From Thermoplasmatota archaeon (lineage in GTDB: Archaea > Thermoplasmatota > SW-10-69-26 > JACQPN01 > JAJPHT01), in contig DATLGO010000101.1 of the NCBI GenBank assembly GCA_035540375.1, positions 14,324-78,323 of the forward strand: DNA of 64,000 nucleotides. Direction: 5' to 3'. The notes below the pieces were generated by a model, which was not told the DNA's origin, did no database searches, and worked only from the letters and a program-made list of their open reading frames with translations. Below are positions 57,735 through 64,000 of this stretch, piece by piece (within the stretch, counting starts at the first letter, position 1; every line of letters starts with the position of its first letter). A program made the translations under genes and the position numbers.

Positions 57735-58184
57735 ATGGCAGCACAGAACACATCAAGAGACGCATCGAAAACACTTGGACGCGGAGTCCTGATCATGGCG
57801 GGTGTCGCGATCGTACTCCTCATCGGCGCGGCGACTGGCCTCCTCGTCATCCCGAATATCTTTGGTAACTGGTTCACGGACGTCAATGCGGCGCTTCGCT
57901 TCCTGATGTTCTTCGAAATCATCGTATTTATCGCCGGCTGTATCGGCTTCTACTACCTCGCAAATCGGTTCCGGCGCGTGTGGGCTGACGCGGAACTCCT
58001 CCGACTACAGCAGAAGGAAGCGACGATCCGAGTCCAAGAGGCTTTGTCCGCCTTCCAACAGGCCATGAAGGAACTCGAAGCCGCCCGTCATCAACGTCCC
58101 GACCGGCCAGCGGAGATTTCGCCCCTTGCCCCCCGCGTCGGGGCGCTCGAAGCGGCGCTGGCTGAGCTCCGAGCGAAGATCTAA
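57735..58184 (+). CDS. 2-TM membrane protein with C-terminal coiled coil
   Basis: AAGGAGG SD, two TM helices, then LLRLQQKE...LEAALAELRAKI. Confidence 0.75.
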   Translation: MAAQNTSRDASKTLGRGVLIMAGVAIVLLIGAATGLLVIPNIFGNWFTDVNAALRFLMFFEIIVFIAGCIGFYYLANRFRRVWADAELLRLQQKEATIRVQEALSAFQQAMKELEAARHQRPDRPAEISPLAPRVGALEAALAELRAKI

Positions 58185-58430
58185 CCACGTCGAAGCGCAC
58201 GGTCGCGATCGAAGTCTGACCCGCCTCGTTGCCGGCTTCGAAGGTGGCCGTCACCTCGCCCGCCGAGCGATAGACGTGCTCGAAGGTGGGCGAGGCCTGC
58301 CAGGACGTCGCCTCACCGTCTCCCCACGCGGCGCGCCATTTCGTCGCGGGACCCATGGCTCCGGGACGGGTCGGAAGATCGACGCGGACGTTCGCACCGG
58401 GGGCGGGATAGCGCGAGCCGACGGTCGCCT
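58185..58430 (-). pseudogene. PKD-domain gene remnant at the island right junction
   Basis: Frame reads TVGSRYPAPGANVRVD...WRAAWGDG...FEHVYRSAGEVTATFEA.NEAGQTS...FDVV, with no signal peptide, no suitable start and no own stop before the island. Confidence 0.55.
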
Positions 58431-58519
58431 CGTGCGCGATCGAGGCTCCGGTGCGCGTACGATTGCCGTGTCGCTGCAGAATCTCGATTCCGAGGCGGAT
58501 CTCACGACCCTTGAACCCT

Positions 58520-59512
58520 TTACCCGGTTTTCCCGAAGGCCGGAACGACGCCCACGTAATCCTGGCTCTGACCGTATGCGCCGCCGCGGTTCCCGGTGCA
58601 CTCGACCGAACCCCATCGCAGGAGAACGCACGTACCGCCCCCGCCCGCGCTCACGGCGACCGCGTCGGAGCCGGCGTAGTCCTCGGCGGGGTCGTGGGCG
58701 CCATAACAGTGGATCCGGCCGGAGGCGACGAGCACGCACGTATGGAGACCGCCGGCGCTCACCGCGATCGCATCGCCGCCGAGGTAGTCCCCGACCTGTC
58801 CGTACGGGCCCGACCCGCGGCAGTCGACGTTGCCGGACCGAAGGAGGATGCAGGTGTAGGCGTTCGCCGCGCTGATGGCCACGGCGTCGCCGCCCAGGTA
58901 ATCGTCGCCCTCGCCCCAGCGGTTCGAGCCCCAGCAATCGACGTTTCCCGAGGCGAGGAGCGCGCACGTGTGCGACGCGCCGAGGCTCACGGCGACCGCG
59001 TCGCCCCCTTGGTAGGGTTCGGACTTGCCATCGTGATTGTGTCCCCAGCAGCGCACGTTGCCCGCATCCGTGAGAACGCACGTGTGGTTGCTCGCCGCAT
59101 CGATGGCGACCGCGTCGCCTCCGACGTCATCCTCCGAGGCGCCCTGACGCCACGCCCCGAAGCAGTCGACGTGGCCGCTTCGAAGCAGGATGCACGCGTA
59201 ATGCGCGCCCGCGCTCACGGCGACGGCATCCCCTTCGGAACGATCCTGCGTCTGCCCATAGGCGCTGTAACCATAGCAGTCCACGTCGCCGCTTGCGAGG
59301 AGGACGCAGGTGCTGTGGGACCCGACGGACACCGCGGTCGCCGCGAAGGCGCCCACGCAGATCTGGCCGTCCGACGGCGGAAGCCCGAGGAACGGACCGT
59401 TCGCGCCCTCGACGTAGTCCAACCGGCACACCGAGAGCGTCTCGGGGCTCGCGCCTCCGACCGGCATGAAGGCGGGCGCGACGAGCACGAGGACCGCGGC
59501 GAGTCGGAGCAT
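58520..59512 (-). CDS. Secreted RCC1/BLIP-II-like repeat protein
   Basis: Signal peptide and about seven AVAVSAG..HTC.LL.SG.V.C.G repeats. Confidence 0.85.
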   Translation of the reverse strand: MLRLAAVLVLVAPAFMPVGGASPETLSVCRLDYVEGANGPFLGLPPSDGQICVGAFAATAVSVGSHSTCVLLASGDVDCYGYSAYGQTQDRSEGDAVAVSAGAHYACILLRSGHVDCFGAWRQGASEDDVGGDAVAIDAASNHTCVLTDAGNVRCWGHNHDGKSEPYQGGDAVAVSLGASHTCALLASGNVDCWGSNRWGEGDDYLGGDAVAISAANAYTCILLRSGNVDCRGSGPYGQVGDYLGGDAIAVSAGGLHTCVLVASGRIHCYGAHDPAEDYAGSDAVAVSAGGGGTCVLLRWGSVECTGNRGGAYGQSQDYVGVVPAFGKTG

Positions 59513-59684
59513 GCAACCCCGCCCATCCACGGCGAAGGGCGCGGATGAGCTTTGCCGGGACAGGGTCTTTCGCGACCCGTCGACGTTTTCGTCGTCCCGT
59601 CGTCGCGACCGCTCCGGGTTTTTACTCCCGGGAGGCGTCCCGAAGCGAAAGTGGTTATGTACCCGCGGGCGCCTCATCCGCCCC

Positions 59685-60479
59685 ATGGCCGACTTCAAGC
59701 TCATCAAGACGAAGCTCGAGGACAACAACGCCATCGGCGTCCTCACGCTCAACGCGCCCCCCGTGAATGCGCTCTCGATCACGCTCCTCAAGGAGATCCA
59801 GGCCGCCCTCGACGAGTTCCAGAAGGCCAAGGTCCGCGCGGTCGTCGTCACGGCCGCGGGCAACAACGCCTTCTGCGCCGGCGCGGACGTGAAGGAGATG
59901 GCCTCGCTCGAGAAGGACCCCGCGAAGGCCGGCGAGTTCCTCGGCCTCGGCAACGAGGTCTTCAACAAGATCGAGAACTTCAACGCCCCCGTCATCGCGG
60001 CCATCAACAACCTGACGCTCGGCGGCGGCCTTGAGCTCGCGCTCGCATGCGACGTCCGCATCTCCTCCGACCGCGCGCGCTTCGGCCTCCCCGAAGTGAG
60101 CCTCGGCCTCATCCCCGCCTGGGGCGGCATCGCGCGCCTTCCGCGCCTCATCGGCGTGGGCCGCGCGAAGGAGCTCATCTTCACCGGCCAGCTCGTGAAC
60201 GCCCAGGAGGCGAAGACACTCGGCATCCTCAACAAGGTCGTCCCGGACGGCGACGAGCTGCGCGCCGCGATGGACATCGCGAAGCGCATCAGCGTCAAGT
60301 CGAGCCCGGTCGCGGTCGCCGCCGCGAAGCGCGCGATCAACGCGGGCATGGGGGAGACGATCGACGTCGCCCTCGCCGCGAGCGAGAAGGAGATGGGCGA
60401 GGTCATGACGAGCGAGGATCTGCGCGAAGGCATCAAGGCGTTCACGGAGAAGCGCCAGCCGAGCTTCAAGGGGCAGTGA
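59685..60479 (+). CDS. Enoyl-CoA hydratase/isomerase family
   Basis: LNAPPVNAL, AFCAGAD, GGGLELALACD, GLPEVSLGLIP.WGG, EGIKAF.EKR.P.F. Confidence 0.95.
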   Translation: MADFKLIKTKLEDNNAIGVLTLNAPPVNALSITLLKEIQAALDEFQKAKVRAVVVTAAGNNAFCAGADVKEMASLEKDPAKAGEFLGLGNEVFNKIENFNAPVIAAINNLTLGGGLELALACDVRISSDRARFGLPEVSLGLIPAWGGIARLPRLIGVGRAKELIFTGQLVNAQEAKTLGILNKVVPDGDELRAAMDIAKRISVKSSPVAVAAAKRAINAGMGETIDVALAASEKEMGEVMTSEDLREGIKAFTEKRQPSFKGQ

Positions 60480-60507
60480 AGTTCGGGGCCTTACAGCGGT
60501 GCACTCC

Positions 60508-60642
60508 GTGGCGCGCGTTTCACACCGAAGGTCCCGCTGCGGCGGGACCTTCGGCGCGCGCCACTCCGTGCCAGAGGAGGGGCGCTTCGCGCGCCCCTCC
60601 TCTGGACTCCTCCCCCAGCGCCAGGGGGCTGCCGCCCCCTGG
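60508..60642. repeat. Cluster of three perfect hairpins
   Basis: Stems of 13 bp (60525-60554, inside a further 10-bp outer stem), 15 bp (60571-60605) and 9 bp (60621-60642). Confidence 0.8.
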
Positions 60643-61045
60643 ACCCCCATCCAGACCCGCGTTTGATTCTCGAACCACGTTACCTACCTTACGCGCGCCC
60701 TTCGCGTGCGGTGCGGGGGCCCTCAGGGCTGCCTCTCGCGACAGTGAAATTGTGAAACCCGGGCGCGATCACCGGCTGCGGTCCCGCACCCGGTCCCGAC
60801 ACCCGAGCCCCGATGTCACGAGGCGCCCTTGATACCACGGCCGCGTCGCGCGATCGCAGTCGTCGCGCGCGCCGCGCCGCGGGCGTGCGCTGCTCCGGCG
60901 TTTGTTCCAGGGCGAGGTTGAAGGGTCACGGACGCGGGGCCGCGCGCGTCACGCGGCGCACTCGTTCCATCGGCCGCACAGGGCGATGCTCGGACGATAT
61001 GAAGTAGCGAGAGAGTACAAAACCTCTAGAGACGTTGAGGGGCGC

Positions 61046-61837
61046 GTGAGCGGACCACTGTCCACGCTGGCGGAGCATTTCCGCCGCGTCGCGAGCGTCC
61101 CCGAGGACGTCGTCGAGGAGGCGCGCACAAACGGCCTCGTCGCGTGGAGCCCGGCCGCCGCCAACGAGGCGGTCGTCGAGGAGTTCCTCGTCCGCTACGG
61201 CGCGCGCGCGTCCCCCGGAGGGGTCGTGTTCCTCGCGGGAACGCCGGGCCTGCGCGCCGCCGAGTCCACCGGGCTCCCGCTCGTCGACGCGCGCGTGGCG
61301 CGCGACGTGCTCGACCTCTCGAAGGTGTCGGGCGACACCCTGGACGTCTCGGCGCAGCGCTTCTGGTCCGTGCTCACCGACGTGCGCGCCCGCGTTGCGG
61401 CGCCGTGGGAGCCGTTCTTCGCGACGGCCCAGGTGCTTGACGTTTGCCCATACGCTTTCACGAGCGCGGACCGTCGGCCCGCGCCGCTGCCGCGCGCGCT
61501 CCCCGTGGAGCTTCCGCGAGCGTACGAGGCCGGCCTCGCCGAGCTCGCGCGCGTCCTCCGGGCGCTGCGTCCCACGACGCTCGTCGCCCTCGGCGAGCTC
61601 GCCTACGCGGCGGTGTCCGACCTCGCCGGGAACCGCCGGGCGCTCCTCGGCGCCGCGGGCCTCGACTACTCGGCGTTCGTCCTTTCGCGCACCTGGGGCG
61701 CGCCCGGGGCCCCCTATCCGTGGGCCGACCTCGGGTCGTTCCGCGCGCGCGTCGTCCCCCTCGGCGAGCCCCGCTCCGCGCTCTTCCCCCACGCGGCCGT
61801 GAGCCTCGCCGGCCTCGCGGCGGACTGCTGGACCTAA
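61046..61837 (+). CDS. SMUG1-like uracil-DNA glycosylase-fold protein with degenerate catalytic motifs
   Basis: FLVRY, VVFLAGTPG....STGLP, SAQRFW, DVCPYAF, LRP..LVALG. Confidence 0.6.
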   Translation: MSGPLSTLAEHFRRVASVPEDVVEEARTNGLVAWSPAAANEAVVEEFLVRYGARASPGGVVFLAGTPGLRAAESTGLPLVDARVARDVLDLSKVSGDTLDVSAQRFWSVLTDVRARVAAPWEPFFATAQVLDVCPYAFTSADRRPAPLPRALPVELPRAYEAGLAELARVLRALRPTTLVALGELAYAAVSDLAGNRRALLGAAGLDYSAFVLSRTWGAPGAPYPWADLGSFRARVVPLGEPRSALFPHAAVSLAGLAADCWT

Positions 61838-62136
61838 TCCGCGAGCGCGTTGTGGGGATACCTCAGGACGGGGAGCTTCTTCGCGGCCGTGACGGCGACG
61901 TCGTTCGAGTCCCTGTAGAGCTTGTCGGGGAGCCGCTTCAGGACCTCATCGAGCGGGATTGCGGCGTCCCCCGGCACCGGCACGCGCCAATGCCCCGCCT
62001 GCGCGCGGAGGCTCGCGAGCGTGCGCGGGAACTCGAGATCCTGCAACATGATCGCGATCGCCTCGACCCCCGCATCGTCGCCCCAGGGGAGGGGGGCCGC
62101 CTCGAGCGGGAATCCCTGCGCGTCCTTCGCGGTCAT
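61834..62136 (-). CDS. Small helical protein, DUF2795-like
   Basis: LQDLEFP.T...L....G......I.L.EVL..LPD..Y....DV pattern. Confidence 0.55.
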   Translation of the reverse strand: MTAKDAQGFPLEAAPLPWGDDAGVEAIAIMLQDLEFPRTLASLRAQAGHWRVPVPGDAAIPLDEVLKRLPDKLYRDSNDVAVTAAKKLPVLRYPHNALAD

Positions 62137-62516
62137 GCCGGACCCCCTTCCGTGGGGACGCGGGGCGCCATCGCGGGGAACGCCAGGAGGAACGCGTCGA
62201 GGAATGCCCGTTTGGTGGGCCACCGCTCGTCGGGCATGCGCATCAGGAACCAGGCGAAGGCGAGGAACGTGTCGCCGGGGGAGGCGAGCCGGGCGACGCC
62301 CCAGCGGGCGAGGATCTCGCCTGTCGTGAGCGGGAAGGCCTCGACGGGCAACGCGGACGCGAGCGCCGCGGCCCCGAAACCCGCGAAATGGATGGGGTCG
62401 CCTTCGCGCTCCCGCATGGCCTCGGGGGGCAGCGTTCCGCCGGACCCCCCCGCAACGTAGGGCGTGCGGTAGCCCGTCCGCTCGGCGAGGGGGAGGTCGA
62501 CCTTGCTGCGCTTCAT
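62133..62516 (-). CDS. Small helical protein, DUF2795-like paralog
   Basis: G..AL......FPLT..EI...WG.........L...PD..W.T pattern; ATGA overlap with the next gene. Confidence 0.5.
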   Translation of the reverse strand: MKRSKVDLPLAERTGYRTPYVAGGSGGTLPPEAMREREGDPIHFAGFGAAALASALPVEAFPLTTGEILARWGVARLASPGDTFLAFAWFLMRMPDERWPTKRAFLDAFLLAFPAMAPRVPTEGGPA

Positions 62517-62678
62517 GCGGGGGGCTCGGGTCCCCGCCGACAAGGACGTTTGCGCCGGGTCGTCGATGCCGGCCGGCCGCCTGTCGGAAGGGGACCCCGG
62601 GTGGCAAAGTTATATGAAGGGTGGGGCCGGGTTCCCGGTTCGGAAAAGCCCCCTTTCCAGCCTCTCGGAGGTTCCACT

Positions 62679-64000
62679 TTGTCCCGCAAGGAAGTCTCCA
62701 TCCGCATCGGCGGCGCAGCCGGCGACGGCGTCGCGTCGACCGGTGAGATCTTCGGCAAGACGTGCGCCCGCTCCGGCCTGCACGTGTACGCGTACAACAG
62801 CTACCAGTCGGTCATCCGCGGGGGCCACGTGTGGTTCCAGATCCGCGCGGGCGCCGATCGCGTGCTTTCCGTCGGCCAGAACGTCGGCATCCTCATTGCC
62901 CTCAACCAGCAGACCTACGACGCCCACGTCGGCTCGATCGAGTCCGGCGGCGGCGTCATCTTCGACCCGAAGAAGGTCAAGGCGGACGAGACGAAGCTTC
63001 CGAAGGGCGTGCGCGCCTTCCCGATGCCCGCGCTCGAAATCGCGGCGAAGTACTCGAAGAACCCGATCATGGCGAACACCGTGATGCTCGGCGCCGCGAT
63101 GCAGTTCATCGCCGCGCCCATCGCGAAGTTCAAGAGCGTCATCGAGGACCAGTTCGGCCACAAGAAGCAGGAGATCATCTCCCAGAACCTCGAGGCCGCT
63201 CAGGCCGGCTGGGACTACGCCAAGGAACACTGGGGTCGCCTCGACTACGTCCTCGGGTGGAGCGACAAGCGCCGCCTCTTCATGACCGGCAACCAGGCGA
63301 TCGCGCTCGGCGCGCTCGCCGCGGGCTGCAAGTTCTACGCCTTCTACCCGATGACGCCCGCGTCGTCGATCGGCCACTTCCTCGCGGACCACGGCCCCGA
63401 CAACGGGATGGTCGTGAAGCAGGCCGAGGACGAGATCGCGGTCATCAACATGACGATCGGCGCGGCCTACGCGGGCGCGCGGTCGATGTGCGGCACGTCG
63501 GGCGGCGGCTTCTCGCTCATGGTCGAGGCCACGGGCTTCGCGGGCATCACGGAGACGCCGATCGTCGTCGTGAACTCGCAGCGCTCGGGCCCCTCGACCG
63601 GCCTTCCCACGAAGACCGAGCAGGGCGACCTCAACCTCATCATGGGCGCGGGCCAGGGCGACTGGCCCCGCATCATCCTCGCGCCCCGCAACGTCGAGGA
63701 GGCGTTCCACGCGACCGCCGAGGCCTTCAACCTCGCCGAGCGCTGGCAGACGCCCGTCTTCGTCCTCTCGGACCTCCTCCTCTCGGAGCACTTCGAGACG
63801 GTCGACGGCCTCGACCTCGAGTCGGTCGCGATCGACCGCGGCGCGCTCATCACGAACGGCTCGGTCCCGACGCCCTACCTCCGCTACGAACTCACGGAGA
63901 ACGGCGTCTCGCCCCGCGCGATCCCGGGCATGGCCGGCGCGGAGCACATCGCGGGCTCGGACGAGCACGACGAGGACGGCACGCTCGTCTCGGACGTGCG
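62679..64000 (+). CDS. korA: 2-oxoacid:ferredoxin oxidoreductase alpha subunit (gamma-alpha fusion), 3' truncated by window
   Basis: TTG start after GGAGG; IRIGGAAGDGV, IRGGH, MTGNQA, FYPMTP, QAEDEIA, TSGGGFSLM, QRSGPSTGLPT. Absent from the ORF track because it has no stop in the window. Confidence 0.93.
   Translation, partial: MSRKEVSIRIGGAAGDGVASTGEIFGKTCARSGLHVYAYNSYQSVIRGGHVWFQIRAGADRVLSVGQNVGILIALNQQTYDAHVGSIESGGGVIFDPKKVKADETKLPKGVRAFPMPALEIAAKYSKNPIMANTVMLGAAMQFIAAPIAKFKSVIEDQFGHKKQEIISQNLEAAQAGWDYAKEHWGRLDYVLGWSDKRRLFMTGNQAIALGALAAGCKFYAFYPMTPASSIGHFLADHGPDNGMVVKQAEDEIAVINMTIGAAYAGARSMCGTSGGGFSLMVEATGFAGITETPIVVVNSQRSGPSTGLPTKTEQGDLNLIMGAGQGDWPRIILAPRNVEEAFHATAEAFNLAERWQTPVFVLSDLLLSEHFETVDGLDLESVAIDRGALITNGSVPTPYLRYELTENGVSPRAIPGMAGAEHIAGSDEHDEDGTLVSDV

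Larger units (their letters stand above)
47390..58184. mobile_element. Lower-GC genomic island carrying a tubulin operon (no integrase or transposase visible)
   Basis: Abrupt rise in A/T content and A/T-ending codons after 47389, returning to host composition near 58185; a startless PKD remnant lies at the right edge. Confidence 0.7.

Noticed and set aside
47390..58184. Island as a provirus or conjugative element
   Set aside because: No recognisable integrase, capsid, terminase, replication or VirB4-type ATPase motifs. Divergent ones cannot be excluded.
58520..60469. 649-aa minus-strand ORF as a single fusion protein
   Set aside because: The N-terminal half is antisense to the enoyl-CoA hydratase; the real gene starts at the signal peptide ATG 59512.
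62610..63968. 452-aa minus-strand ORF
   Set aside because: Antisense shadow of the plus-strand oxidoreductase alpha subunit that runs off the window.

Overview
High-GC archaeal DNA. Diphthine synthase, Trm5, TrmB regulators, an archaeal-type YchF and a CCA-less tRNA mark it as archaeal. The proteins lack haloarchaeal acidity, so a Thermoplasmatota-like host is inferred but not proven. Positions 1-47389 and 58520-64000 hold housekeeping, metabolic and many secreted or surface-protein genes. Positions ~47390-58184 form a visibly lower-GC island with no integrase in view. Its centrepiece (54804-56222) is a eukaryote-type tubulin rather than FtsZ/CetZ: it has recognisable tubulin motifs along its whole length, including the C-terminal H11-H12 helices. 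It lies in an apparent operon with a split ArsR-like wHTH protein, two coiled-coil proteins and a 2-TM coiled-coil protein. A divergent operon encodes two proteins that may be degenerate FtsZ/tubulin-fold domains (one membrane anchored), a secreted surface protein, a DUF4258-like RNase domain and a membrane-anchored multi-C2H2 zinc-finger protein. This is the best candidate for an undescribed system. All family calls come from reading motifs by eye; no searches were run. Most long overlapping ORFs in the track are GC-rich shadow frames.
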